NCBI GenBank assembly: GCA_951406725.2
Contig: OX597815.1
Span: 66,960,001-67,024,000 of the forward strand
Length of the DNA stretch: 64,000 bases
Direction of reading: 5' to 3'
Origin: Octopus vulgaris
Taxonomy: Eukaryota
Part shown: one piece after another, positions 1 to 13,105 of the stretch
Position numbering within the stretch: the stretch's first letter is position 1
Layout: every line of letters starts with the position of its first letter
The notes under the pieces: generated by a model
What the model saw: the letters and a program-made list of their open reading frames with translations, nothing else
What the model was told of the DNA's origin: nothing
Database searches by the model: none
Position numbers and translations under genes: made by a program

Positions 1-124
1 TTATAAAAAATGGTCATTGAAATCTTGAAGCTATGAGCATTCTGATTAAATATGTGAATATTACATTTGACAAAGTAATCTGAATTCTAAAGAGTTAGTG
101 ACATAGTACCCGAACAAAACTTAC

Positions 125-214
125 TGTTTTCATCAAATATAGTGAAAACTAAATCCACAAGATGATCTGTTAGTTGGACATTAGCCACTGTCTTGGCAAC
201 ATGTTTCAAGGTTT
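125..214 (-). CDS. MICU1: MICU1 coding exon 10 of those seen ((E)TLKHVAKTVANVQLTDHLVDLVFTIFDEN), start of C-terminal EF-hand; final exon lies outside the window
   Basis: ttttttttcag acceptor, gtaagt donor, 90 nt, phase 1-1; matches human [30 protein letters not shown]. Confidence 0.93.
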
Positions 215-379
215 CTGAAAAAAAAGAATGAAATACGAAGGATTAGATTTATTCATCAGTACATAAAAATGTGTGATATATTAGTTCTTTGTTTACTTTC
301 TGGCAGTAAAGTAACTATTATGTTTTCGTAAAAATTTCTGAGGGGTGGGGGACTTTTGAGAAAAGTAGTTGCCTTTTAT

Positions 380-1435
380 TTAATCCGGCCGTGAGAACCT
401 GTTATTTAAATGTGAATTTGAACCAAAATCTCGGTACATTCGTTAAAACATGCGATTTCACTTTGTAAATAGTTGGCTTATAGTATCTGACATTGCTTGA
501 CATGATATCTCAACTCTGAATTTTGGGAGATTTTTTTCGGCATCGATTCCGAATTTAAAGCTTTTCAAACGGAAAATAGGGAGATATCGAGAAAAAGAAT
601 GCATGAGGTCTTAAAGCACGTGGTGTACAAAATAGGATTTTTTTTATCCGAAAATGAAAGCGATTCTGAAGAAACAAATCGGCGACAGCGAAGACGATTT
701 TACATAGGAATGAAGTAAAAAAAACTTTAAAAATGTTTTTATTAGCAATTTTTCTGAGGAGATAAAGTTTATCTATAGCCTTTCTTAGGAAGTGAAACCA
801 TTAGACTTTTATTTTTTTTCAGTATGCTAGTTTGAAGAGATCACTTCGGAGACAAATTTACGCAGATTGTAAACAAACACAAAATGGGGGTTCAAATTTT
901 GGAAAATTTGTGAAGCAAACACTGGGTACTGTTGTGGATTTAGTTTTTATACAGGGAAACTAATGTTAGTCAGCATGGCTTGGGGAACGATGTGGTCTGG
1001 AATTTATCACTTCCATACCATAACCAGGGCCGATTTCTTTAGTTCGGTCAAACTTGCGGTGGATTCTAGTATTCCACCTTTATGGTACAACTGATAATCT
1101 AGTGATGTGCACAATTCTTCTTTTTCAAAATTTTGTTGCATACCCATTTGAATATTAGCTGATGATTCATTTTCTATGGTGATGTTTAAACAAAATTTTA
1201 ATATTTTTACCTTTTGCTCAATTTACCTGTAATTAAAGTCACTTTGAGACAAAAGTTATGCAATAGAATTGATTAAGAACCCTTTCTTTAATTATGTTCC
1301 AAGTATCACAATATGTTGATAAGTAAAAAAGTTACAGTTATTTAATGAAACAAGCCTAGATTCATGATTATTTTAGAATTTAATTGAAACTCATGAGGGG
1401 TGTATTTTGGTCAGAAATATAGTAATGAAGGGAAG
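380..1435 (+). mobile_element. Decayed piggyBac-family DNA transposon
   Basis: 882-1030 translates (with a frameshift) to KWGFKFWKICEANTGYCCGFSFYTGK..QHGLGNDVVWNLSLPYHNQG, typical of piggyBac/PGBD transposases; boundaries approximate. Confidence 0.7.
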
Positions 1436-2755
1436 TAAAGAAGTTACATTGTCCCAAACTCTTAATCTTAAGCCCCCCTGCTATGTGGGATTGGTTTCTG
1501 AAGTGGCAACATATTCATTAAATTGTTGCTTTGGATTTTTCTTTTTTTTTCAAACACTAAAATCCTGGAATTATAAGGATTTCAGAGTGTAGGTTTAAAC
1601 TTGCTTGAAAACTTGTGCAGTCAGACATCCTTGAGATAGTTTAAACCTTAGCCAAACTGAACTTGTAGGCAGCTCAAAACACAGAGTTGGTAGCTAGGCT
1701 TTGCAAAGGAGATGGATTTTGAAACTATACACACATATAATGGTTTTACTAATTAATCTCTCGCAGCCAGAGACTACTTACTAATAAACAAACAGGCAAG
1801 ATTGTTAGGAAGTCAAACAAAATGTTTAACAATATTTCATTTGTCTTTCATTATTTGGGTTAATGAAGAATCAGTTACACACTGGAGTTGATTACATCAA
1901 CTAAGCCCCCCTTCCCCAAATTTCAGACCTTGTCCTTATAGAAGAATTCTTATTACTATGTTGTATATCGTAAATATTATACTTGTGGCAATCAGTTACG
2001 ATCTTTCAAACATTTAGGTGCATGCATGGCCACAAGGTTTAGGGTTCAGTCCTGTCACATGGTACACTGGGTCATCGTGTTCTTTTACAGCTTTGGGAGT
2101 TGATTTGGTAAATCTGAAAGGCTTTATGTAACATCTGATAATTGTAAACAAGCATCACTCATATCAGTGTCCATTTCTAATCCTATGAAAATTTGATTAG
2201 GAGTAGTATTACATTGCTTGGAAATGGGTGAGGGTTGGCAACAAGGAAGGGTGTTCAGCTGTAGAAAATCTGCCTCAATGAATTCCATCTGATCCATGTA
2301 AGATTAATTATAAATGTAGAAATCCCAGATAGTATATTATGGAGAATATTTTTTAAGACATTAAATATCTAAGCCCATTGTTTTACTTAAAACTGCACAG
2401 GATTAAGTATATTTTCATATAAATCTTACCTTAATACCATTGCTCCAGTATATAAAATGTTCTTCCTTGCTCCCCATTCCTCTACACTTATTTCTCATGT
2501 TAGACTTGTTCACAATAAAATGTTGCAACTTCTGGAGCTTAGTTTCATTATCATATTCTTATCAAAATATACTGCCTTTGTTTCAGATTCTGAGATGAGC
2601 ACAGAATTTAGTTAAGTTGGTGTTTGAAACGTAAATTTATGCATAAGTTTTTATGGAAGGTTTTAATTCAGATTACTTTAAAATGGGGAGTTTGTATCAT
2701 AACAACCTGGTACCTGAAGTCAGTATATCAAAAGGGTAATGAAACAAAAACTTAC

Positions 2756-2864
2756 CTTTGTCAATTGAAACACCAGCAAGGTGGTAGAAGCTTAGAGCTG
2801 TATCAACATCATTGATGCTTTTCAGAAACTTCCAAAAATCAATGTATTCATTTAAGGTAATACC
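2756..2864 (-). CDS. MICU1: MICU1 coding exon 9 ([36 protein letters not shown])
   Basis: ttcag/gtaagt, 109 nt, phase 0-1; conserved [12 protein letters not shown] motif. Confidence 0.95.
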
Positions 2865-3470
2865 CTGAAATGATCCAAATGATTATTTTTAATTTAGACA
2901 CAGCAATTTTAAGGGGAGAATGGTTTAGTAAATACCATTGATTCCAGTACTTGATTAGTACTTTTATTTCATTCCCAACCTTCACTGGCAGGATTTGAAC
3001 TCTAAATATAAGGAACCAAATGAAATATTGCAGGATATTTTGGCAACTCAACACCTTCAATGATTCAAATATTAATAGCTGTGAATAAATTTGATCTACT
3101 TTGAGAAAATGCCAAAGTGTGTATATGCAGGAACGGCTATATGGTAAAGAAGCTCACTTAGCAACTACATGGTTTTGGGCTCAGTTCCTAGGCAAGTGTT
3201 GTGGGTCAACCAAAGCCTTGTGAGTAGATTTTGTAGACGGAAACTGAAAGATGCCTCTCATGTGCACACATGTTTATGTTGTCTTGTCTTGACATTGTGT
3301 GACAGTTGTAAATGAGTCACTCATCCAAACAGTCTCGTTCATTTCTAATATTCTGTGAACAAGTCTGATCTTGGAAGCAAGTGAAGGTTGGTGACAAAAA
3401 GGAGCATGTAACCTTAAACTCCAACTCATGCACGTATGGTAAAGTGAATATTAAAATAATGATGATTTAC

Positions 3471-3620
3471 CTTGGAGTGGTCTTTATAACTTTTCTTGAC
3501 TCGTTTTAACATTCGAACCTTCTTGTTATCAGGAAGCCCAGCATAAGCTAACAAAATGGCACCAAATTCTTTTTCTTTAATTGTAGCATTGGGTCCTGGT
3601 TCAGTAACAAACCGTTCAAA
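3471..3620 (-). CDS. MICU1: MICU1 coding exon 8 (FERFVTEPGPNATIKEKEFGAILLAYAGLPDNKKVRMLKRVKKSYKDHSK)
   Basis: cacag/gtaaat, 150 nt, phase 0-0; matches human FERHDP..FGGMLLAYSG. Confidence 0.95.
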
Positions 3621-4715
3621 CTGTGGGAATATAATAAACTGTTTACTTAGACAACAGAATAATATCCTCATTTTCTAAATAACAAGAACAATCAGCATTA
3701 GATAAGAGATGTGTTCATCAGAATTCAAGCCTAGTGTCCTTTAGAGCAAGGCAAGTAACTAAATCCTGTCATTTTCTAGAATAGATGTGTTGCTTCTTAA
3801 CCATATCTTTGACTTGGTCCCATTGTGCAGCACCTTGGGCAAGTGCCTTTTACAGACTCAAGTAACCAAAGCCTTGAGTGGGTTTGGCACATAAAAAATG
3901 AAAAAAGCCCCTTGTTATATATATATATATATATAAGTATGTGTTTGTGTGCACCCTTGTCTGGATATTACATGACAGTGGCAACAAGTATCATACTCAT
4001 ACAAGTGATGTTACTTGGAAACAGATGAAGGTTAGCAACACAATTCTCATTTTCTAATAAACAAAGACAATTAGCACAGGCCGGAAGGACAAAGTGCTGT
4101 TAATAATGAATTCAAAATTTACTCTGACATGCCTGGTGTCCCTGCAAATAACTAAATCTGTGATTTTCGAGAATGAATGTCTCAGTTAATCATTAAACAA
4201 CAAATTTTTTCCTTGTAATTGCAGTGCCAGCTATTGATTATTGCACAAACGCTTGTGTTCCTAATATAATCTTCGTTAAACCCATGTCAACATGAAAAAC
4301 TGGTATTAAAAGATGATATATGTATTTTCATTTGAGTTTTTGTGATAAATTGCTCAGCTACCAGCAGTGACATTGTGGTTATTAGCTCCACCCACCATCT
4401 ACCATCAAATCATCATCTGCTAGCTTTATGCCTTTGAAGCTAAGTGCAATATGGGATTTATTATGCAGGTTAGCAACGGGAAAAGCATCTGAATATTTAA
4501 ACAATGCCCCAATAATCATGTCATCTATGCTAAGCATAGAAAAGTGTATGTAAAATCGAACAAATAACTTTCTGCAGCCCAGGGTGAAGCACAGAACTTC
4601 ATGATTGCAAAAATAAGCGTTTTAAGCTATTTAGAGTTACATTTTTGTACTCAATGATTTAAAAGTGGCCACTTCCTCCCCCATGTCATCAAGGAAAGCT
4701 GGATTTCAATAATAC

Positions 4716-4910
4716 CTCAATTTGCAAGATTTCTCTCTGTAGCTGTAACTGGAAATCAAGGAAGTTTTCAACAGTTAACTTCTTCTTGGCATCTGGACCA
4801 AAGAAGAAGGTTGACAAAGCAGAGCTGACCCCTTTGTTGACATTCCCGGTTGTTGATCTGTCCCTGTGTCGCATCCCCATACTAGTTTGATTCATTACGA
4901 TCTGCTGAAC
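4716..4910 (-). CDS. MICU1: MICU1 coding exon 7 ([18 protein letters not shown]...REILQIE)
   Basis: ttccag/gtatta, 195 nt, phase 0-0; MICU1-diagnostic [11 protein letters not shown]. Confidence 0.96.
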
Positions 4911-6083
4911 CTGGAAAGAGAAGAGGAGATAGACAGAGAAGGACTACATGTGATATGAGATATGCAAACCACATCAAGAAATTGAATAGCAGAGAAGACA
5001 AAAGACACTGATGCAGTCTGACTAAATGAGATGTGCCATAATAGGTGTAGGCATGGCTGTGTGATTAGGTGTTTGCTTCACAATCATGTGGATTTGGGAT
5101 CAGTTCCCGTGTGTGGTGTCTTTTACTATAACTGTGAATCAACCATTTGCCTTGGAGGAAATTTGGTAGATGGAAACAACTGCAGATAATACTTTGTATA
5201 TCTTCCATTCCATGCTGGCTGAGTTGGATGGTTTGACAGAATCCAATGAATTGCAGGACTGCTTTGGAATGGTTTCTAATATTAGGTGCCCTTCCAAATG
5301 CCAACCACTATATAGAGTGTACTGGGTGCTATTTTTGTGACATTGGCACTCATGGGGTTGCTGAGTAATTTGCAAGAGAAAAAAAAAGAGCCCTCAACTG
5401 CGTGAGGTTGCAGAAGAGAGGCAAGTGGATTTATGTCAGGTAGTGAAAGGTTAAAGTATGATAAAGAGACATGCTTACTATCACTTTAGTGAACTGATGA
5501 TGATGTTTACATTATGACTGGTTGCTCTGCACTTTCAAGTCCATAAATAATAATAATAAAAAAAAAATCCTGACATGAAAACAGATAAGGGTTGCAACAG
5601 GAAGAGCATCCAACCTTGAAATCCCTCTTAAATATACATAGCTGTTCCAATATTGAAAAACAGACATTGCAGGAACCAATTTAAATGGCAACAAAACCAT
5701 AAAAAACCTGTGGTATATCTGAGTAGCTAAGATGTTTGTTGACATGTATGTTGCTTTGGGTTCAATCCCACTGCACAGCACTTTGGCCAAAGATTAAAGA
5801 ATGAAATTTGGTAGACTGAAGCTGCACAGAAATCTGTTACGGGGATTATTTTCTAACTGTAGATGGGTGAAAAATAGGGAGATGATGGAAAGTGTGAGGT
5901 TTGTAAGAGAGATGGTCAATGATAGAAATAGATAGGGATATAGTGGACGAAGTCAAGCAATATAACACCAAGATGAGGCAAAATATAGTTGTGAATATGT
6001 TGTCAACTAAAGTGAAATGTTATAAAAGGAATGTTAACAAAAATAAATAAACAGATAAAGATTTAAAATTAAAAAAAGAAAAC

Positions 6084-6166
6084 CTTTTCAAATTCTTCAG
6101 CATCAACATTACCATCACCGTTTAAATCAAACATTTGGAAAGCAATTTCAAAATTTCGTTGAGGTG
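6084..6166 (-). CDS. MICU1: MICU1 coding exon 6 ((T)[27 protein letters not shown]), canonical EF-hand 1
   Basis: cttttcag acceptor, AAG|gttttc donor (weak), 83 nt, phase 1-0; EF loop [12 protein letters not shown]. Confidence 0.95.
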
Positions 6167-6859
6167 CTGAAAAGATATTAGAAATTTTTGATTCAGGATG
6201 TGTGTGTGTGGGTATAAAATATTAAATTATTAACTAAAGGATTGCAAATTCATATCCCTCTATATGATATTTTGGAATTATTTTTCTCACTCAAAATATA
6301 CAACATACACTGACCAACAAGCTACAACTTTTCCTAGTTTCTTCTATGCCACTATAACAGTTTATGTAGCTGTATACCACTCTAGCTAACAAGGGGATAA
6401 AAGAATCATTAATGAAATTTCATGAGCAACATTTTAACACAGCTGGGCTTATTAAAGTAATTCATATTATTGGAAATTTTGATTTGGCAGTGTTTTCATG
6501 ATAACACACTTCAATAGTCTAACACAACCAGTACATTAGACGAGTATTTGTTGTAATGTTAACATTACAGTTGTTATTTGTTAGAGATGAAATGTTTTAA
6601 CTCTGCTTTATCAAAGACACGTATTGAGTGGAAATTATTATGAGAGAAACTGTATTAGTCAGGATAAGTAAAGTTACTGAGTCAAAATAGACAAAGGAGT
6701 GAGTACAGTGGGCAACAAATATAAAACATAGTCAGCAATTATATATGTACAGGAGTTAAGTAGAATTTCTGGTTGTAGCTATTGAGCATATGTTAAAGGA
6801 TGAGATCAAAGCTGATTTTATTACAGATCAAGGCAAATATAAGCAAATAATAGATTATC

Positions 6860-7720
6860 AAACTTATCTCATGTATAGACACATGAGGTTTGTCTTGAAA
6901 GTGGGAATAACTTTTCCATTAATAGAAATAGGTTGTTCAACTTGCACATACTGGTAGAGTAACTTTTCTTCCTGTTCGTCTTCATTGCATGCTAATAATG
7001 TGAGCATACACAATACGCTGTCAAGTTTTTGATGAAGAAGGGGTACAGGTTTGGCATATGTAGAAGGCAATGTGCACAGTTTGAAGACAATCCATGCATT
7101 GGAAGACCATCAACTGTGATTGCCAGCAAATGGACAAACTGATTGGTGTGGCAGATGAGTCACAATCTGTTTACTGGACTCTGGTCACAATAGAAGACTC
7201 TGGGTATCAAAAGGTATATGCAAACTGAGTAACTTGGCAGATGGCATTCGATTTGAAGAAGAGAAAGGTGGGAGTCTGCTCTGAACTACTAGGATTGTCT
7301 GAAGCCAATAAGGATAGTTTTTTAAAATTTATTTTCCTGACCTGGTGACAATGAAAAAGGGCTATATCTTCATGATCAAGAAATAAAGGCTCAGTCTAGG
7401 GAATGGTATTCCATCTTTTCTCCAAGGCTGATGTTCAGGAGATAGCAACCAGCTCAGAAAATCATGGAGACTGTTTGTTGGAATGACAAGGGCATTGTTC
7501 TCTTTTATTTTTGTGGAATATAGCTGTACTGTGAGCAGTAAGTGATACATCAAGATAAACTAAGAGAGGTGATTCAGAGTAAGAGACAGAACAAGTATCT
7601 GAAAACAATCCCCATTTGTCAGGAAAATGTGCGAGAGCACACAACTTTGGTCACAGAGAAGGCAATGGGCAGGTATATAGCATGTACAGCCTGGATCTGG
7701 TGTCCTCCAACTTCCACCTG
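6860..7720 (-). mobile_element. Degenerate non-LTR retrotransposon fragment (probable)
   Basis: GC-richer block with broken ORFs (e.g. EQPISINGKVIPTFK) resembling LINE RT C-terminal motifs; family not determinable. Confidence 0.35.
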
Positions 7721-7878
7721 TTTGACCCATTGAAAGATAGTCTTTAGGGACAATGATTTTATGACAGAAAAAAAAAAAAATAAAATAAAGTAAAGGCTCA
7801 AACAAACAACCAGACTATGAATGAGAAAAAAAATGATTATGATATAAAATATGAAGTGAAGGAAATGGATCAAGTTAC

Positions 7879-7990
7879 TTGATAGTACAGTCAGCAACAG
7901 GATGTAATCAGAGAAGGAGATTAGTCCACTTTGTCCAAGTTTATAAAATATGCTGTGTTCACCAAGTTCTAGTTCCGGATAATCCTCATG
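7879..7990 (-). CDS. MICU1: MICU1 coding exon 5 ([37 protein letters not shown])
   Basis: attatag/gtaact, 112 nt, phase 0-1; matches human [25 protein letters not shown]; absent from the ORF track in this frame. Confidence 0.95.
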
Positions 7991-10900
7991 CTATAATAAT
8001 AATAATAAAAACAAAATAATTGAATTTAATTCAGCTCCACTAATACAACATTTACAAAAACATAAACCATCATCACTTAATAAATAAAACATTTATAACA
8101 ACATTTTTTTTCCTCATTAATTAATTAATTTATTTGACTTCCTCTCATTCAGATTTAAATTATTGATCCAGTAACATTATTGAATTATAAAATAGGATTT
8201 ATAAAGGGATTATAGTAAAGTGATTACACAAGTCTTGATAGAAAGTTCATATGTTTAAAAATATTGAGGTAAAGAAGATTTGAAGAACAGCTTTCAGTTT
8301 ACAGAAGTCAATTTTTAATTCAAACTAAATATCGTAAATGAAAATTAAGTGTTAATTTTTAAAAGATATGACAGCAACAATGCTCTAAAGATTTAAGAAT
8401 AACAAGAAATATATTATAATAAATAATAATGGTTTCAATTTTTGGCACATGGCCAGTAATTTTAAGGGTAAGGGTCAGTTGTTTACACTAAGCTTAGTAC
8501 TCAACTAGCATTTAATTTATGACCTTGGTGGGATTTGAACTTAGAATGTTAAGCGCCAGAAGAAAAGCTACTAAGCATTTTGTCCAATGTGCTAACAATT
8601 CTGACAGCTCGCTGTCTTTAATGATTTCAAATTATAGTACAAAGCCAACAATTTTAGGAGGATGGGGATTAGTCGATTTCATTGACCCCAGTGTTCAACT
8701 GGTACTTATTTTATCAACCCAGAAAGGATGAAAGGCAAAGTTGACCTTGGTGAAATTTGAACTGAACATATAAATTGTGCCAGCTTGCTACTTTAATAAT
8801 AATAATACACAATTAGAACAGCATGGTATGTAAAAAAAAAAAAACACAGATTGACTTTATATCTTTTTCGGGTTCAAAATAAGACAATAATAATGAAAAT
8901 TGAAAAATACATGGAAATTCAAAAATTCACAACTGGTCTGTTCTGCATTCTTTCCTAGATATATTGTTGAAATAATATTCGATAAACAAAGTTAATCTGT
9001 GTTTTATTACATACTGCACTCTTCTAATTGCGGATTTACCTTCATGAAGATTCACAATAGTCTTCATAAATTAATAATGATAAAGGAACACTGCCTGAAA
9101 TTTTGGGGAGAGAGGTTATTTGCTTACATCAACCTCTATTTAACTGGTACTTTATTTTATGAAAGGCAAGTTTGATCCCTGTAGCATTTGAATTAAGAAC
9201 ATATTGACATGCTAACAATTTTGCCAGTCTACTGCCTTAATAATATACTACATTTCATTGATACCAAAATACATTTAACAATCAATTATACTAGAATGAA
9301 ATCAAGATACAGAATAGATTTACAATTCCTACTTTATCTAGAAAATTTAGACTTATCTCTACTGAAACAAGTGTGACTGGCTTTGAATAGTTAAAGAACA
9401 ATGAATGACTATGGTTGTCAGTAATATGACATTGGCAGTTGGTAATATCAACATACTTTCCTGAGTTCCCCTTAAACAAGGTAAAAAGACTGGAATATTT
9501 CTGTTTTATTTTGTTTGTTCATTTAATAATAACCTCAGTTGTAAATCCTGGCATATTATTTCCACTTACTTTATACACACTCAATATTATTCCAACAGAA
9601 AAGCATAAGAAAAGAACAGAAATTAAGTTCAGTATTTTAGTGATTAGTAATGATTATTATTTGAAAAGTACTTTGGTTTAATTCAGTATTGTAATGAAGG
9701 GCAATTGTTTTTTTTATTGGAAGAATATTGGAATAAGTGCTTCCATTTGAAGTAAGAGTTCCTTGAAAAGTTCTATAACATCTAAAGTGTCTTTGCCTCT
9801 AACCTTTCCTTGTCTTTGTAACACCAAGACTTTACAGCATTTTTAGTTTAGAGGTAGTGTATGTGTGTGTGCATGTATATCATCAATATTTAATGTCTTT
9901 CATGCTGACATGTTCCTGTCCCTCCACCATACTCTAACCTCTCAATATCTAGCTTAAAGTCACCTCCCTCAGTTGAGGAGTCTTGTCTTACTAGTTTCCT
10001 AGGGCTGGTGTTACACAGATATACAAAATTACCCAGTACACTTTGTAAAGTAGTTGGCATTAGGAAGAGCATCCAGCCATGGAAACCATGTTAAAACAAA
10101 CAGTAGAGCTTGGCATAGCTGACTCATCAGTTACTGTTGAACTGTCTAACCCCGTGTCAGCGTGGAAAACAGATGTGAGATGATGATATATTTGAAGCAT
10201 TCTTGAAATCATGCATGAAGACAGGTAAAATGGTGAGTGGATAAAAGTGAAGAGAGATGTGACAGAGAGAAAAATTAATCATGTGAAGAAATTTTAGTTG
10301 GGGTGGAGGTCTGGTCTGACAAATGTGTTCTGTCAATGTAACTTTTTTTTTTAAATTGCAAAGCTAAACACACAAAATTTCAAGGAATTCACACTTGTTT
10401 TCTCAGCCAAACAAACAGACATATTTTGCTCACAAAGTATTACCTGTTTAGATAAGAAAAATACATTAAATATTATCAAATTTTATGGTTGATGTACAAA
10501 GAATTCTTTCAAAGATACTGCACTATGATATATGTCAGGAATAATTAGATTACACCTAGTGATTGCGTGTGATTAAGAGTACTTAAAAAATACTACAATG
10601 GTGTTTCATCTTCTAATCAAAAGTGAATGTAATACTTTAGGGTAGAGAATTATTATGGAAATGAGTGAAGTGCCTGTTTTAAATTGAAGAACCTGGACAA
10701 AAACTTACCTATTTCACAAACACACCTATACATATAACTATTTGCCCAAATAAAGATAAACATAAGTCTATACACAAATATTCATAATGTATACATTGCA
10801 TGCATACACATATACATACATGTATACAGGCTATACATACACACACATATGCTGTCTTGCACATATATTCCAACATTATTCCTGTTACATAATATAATTT

Positions 10901-11224
10901 ATGGGTAAATATATTTGCAACATTTTATGTTTTAATTAGTGAACAACAGTGAAAATATCAACAGTTATAATTAATGTAAAACTTACTTAAATAGGTGCTG
11001 TTGCTGTTAATTATAGTTTACTAGTTTTAATTAAAACGATATTGTTTAATGAAAACCTGTATCTTCTGTAACCTGAATCTTGATATTAAAAAACATCGTT
11101 TTCCAACAGAATTTAGAAAAATTATTATGAATCACTCAGAAAAATACAACAAAAATTATAAACAAGTTTTAAAAAAATTGTAAATGACACACTGAAATTA
11201 AAAAATAAATAAATATATATATAT

Positions 11225-11271
<47 letters not shown>

Positions 11272-11684
11272 TGTTTTATTGTTTGTTAAAACTCACAGTG
11301 CTAATAGTTGAATTGGAAAGAGAAAAGTAGAATTAATTATACAAAGAAAATGTATTTTACGGGTCTTAATAAACAATGTAATTAAGTGTCACTCCAATGG
11401 TTTAAAAGTTATAAGCTGCTGACAAGAAAAAAAATTAAGGAATTTTTTTATTGTGAAAATCACTTTGTTTTCTGTTGGTAACAACATGCAATCAAATGAA
11501 ACAATACCTCGAGCCCTTCCACAAGTTCTGTAGACACATCCTGAACACAAAAGAAAATTTCACATTATGGAAAATACTAGTATTTTCAATATTGTTATTC
11601 CCACCCACCTAACAAACATTAAAAGAAAACTGTTTACATTTAGGCTACAGCTGTACCTTTTCCTTTTTGTTGTTGTTGTTGTTG

Positions 11685-12061
11685 TTAACCCTTTTGATAC
11701 CAACCTGTCTGAAACCACCCCTGGTTCTACGATAATCCTTCCTGTTTAAAATTACCCAAATTAAAACACTCCACCAAACTTTCAGGTTAATTAATGCTTC
11801 AAATACTAGCTTAACCCTTTTGATACCAACCTGCCCAAAACAGCTTCTGGTTCTATGATAAAAACTTCCTGTTTTGAAGTGATCTAAATTAAAACCTATC
11901 AAATTTCAATTTATGTTCCAAACCCCAGTCAAAGTCAAATTCTTCACTATGGTAACAAAAGGGTTATCATGACAAAGATATTTTATTAAATTCTTCACGG
12001 TTTTCAAAATTAATTGAAACAAAAGTAGTATATTTCAATAGAAATATGGTAAACAAAAGGG
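11685..12061. mobile_element. Nested or duplicated TTAA-CCC (piggyBac-type) MITE copies
   Basis: ttaacccttttgataccaacc at ~11685 and ~11811; ends resembling ggtaacaaaagggt; same family as 23055-23254. Confidence 0.6.
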
Positions 12062-12131
12062 GAAGATAGTTTATATGAAGTGCTCAATGGAAGAAAAGAA
12101 AGAAATTTTTGCTCTTCACATCATATCTTAC

Positions 12132-12156
12132 TTTCTGTAAAACTCAGGTGAAATGT
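12132..12156 (-). CDS. MICU1: Candidate MICU1 alternative microexon, 25 nt (TFHLSFTE + A), phase 0-1
   Basis: long pyrimidine tract ctcttcatttttccttccatttttctttattccag and gtaaga donor; no transcript evidence. Confidence 0.35.
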
Positions 12157-12256
12157 CTGGAATAAAGAAAAATGGAAGGAAAAATGAAGAGATTTGGCGG
12201 TGTGATAGGAACTACATTGACAGATGCATATATTCCATTTAGATTAATTAGCTTAC

Positions 12257-12292
12257 CAGCCAAATGTTACTAATTGCACTAACATCATAAGC
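12257..12292 (-). CDS. MICU1: Candidate MICU1 cassette microexon, 36 nt (AYDVSAISNIWL)
   Basis: tttcatttatttctgttgtag acceptor, CTG|gtaagc donor, multiple of 3, open in phase 0. Confidence 0.45.
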
Positions 12293-12533
12293 CTACAACA
12301 GAAATAAATGAAAGTCAATACAGTTTTTGGATTCATTTTATTTTACTACGAAACTCAAATTTACACATGCCAAGGGTAACTTAAAGAAAAATATTCATAA
12401 ATTCATCAACGATTATTGACTATTTACAGCAATCCTGATACGATTATTTCTTTACAGAAGAATGCACAAAACTGTATACACTAGACAGTAACTATTTTTC
12501 ATCATAGAACAAGACACAAACCTTTATATATCT

Positions 12534-12987
12534 CAATTACAGTGTGGAAGACACGTTAGCCATTTGAAAAAAAACATAAAATCTGTTAACTTCACTTAAA
12601 CCTTTATTTTTTGGCATAAAATTTTTTACTCACAGTATCTCTGAGTCACTGACACAGTTCTACTTGAACTGGTTTAAAACAAGGCTGTTGTCCAGTATAT
12701 ATAGGCCACAGGGTTTTTAATATTTTTTTTTCATCCATAAAGATTAGTAATTCTGGTTATTATCACCAACAACTTGTTGTGGGTCAGTTTATTTGGTCAG
12801 AACAATTGACCTGTATAAATATGTTGGCCAATAACCTTGTTTTAAACCAGTTCAAGTAGAACTGTGTTGGTGACCAGGTTGCAGACAGTGCGATGAAATT
12901 TTTTTACACAAAATAATAAAGGATTAAAAGAAGTCAGTAGTTTTTTAGTGTTTGAATGGTACATACGTATCTTCCATGCTGTAATTG
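12534..12987. repeat. Fold-back (inverted-repeat) element, ~450 bp
   Basis: perfect ~33-bp arms 12652-12684 vs 12835-12867, extending imperfectly to 12534 and 12987. Confidence 0.85.
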
Positions 12988-13040
12988 TTTTAGTTTCAAC
13001 ACACTCAGATCATATCACTTGCCAGATAAGTACATCTCTG

Positions 13041-13105
<65 letters not shown>

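Noticed and set aside
2430-2481. Strong donor AAG|gtaaga in a MICU1 intron
   Set aside because: No credible acceptor tract, 52 nt shifts the frame, and the flanking exons already join in phase
10709-10725. 17-nt unit GTGTGTTTGTGAAATAG with gtaagt donor
   Set aside because: No pyrimidine tract; gives stops in the combinations tested
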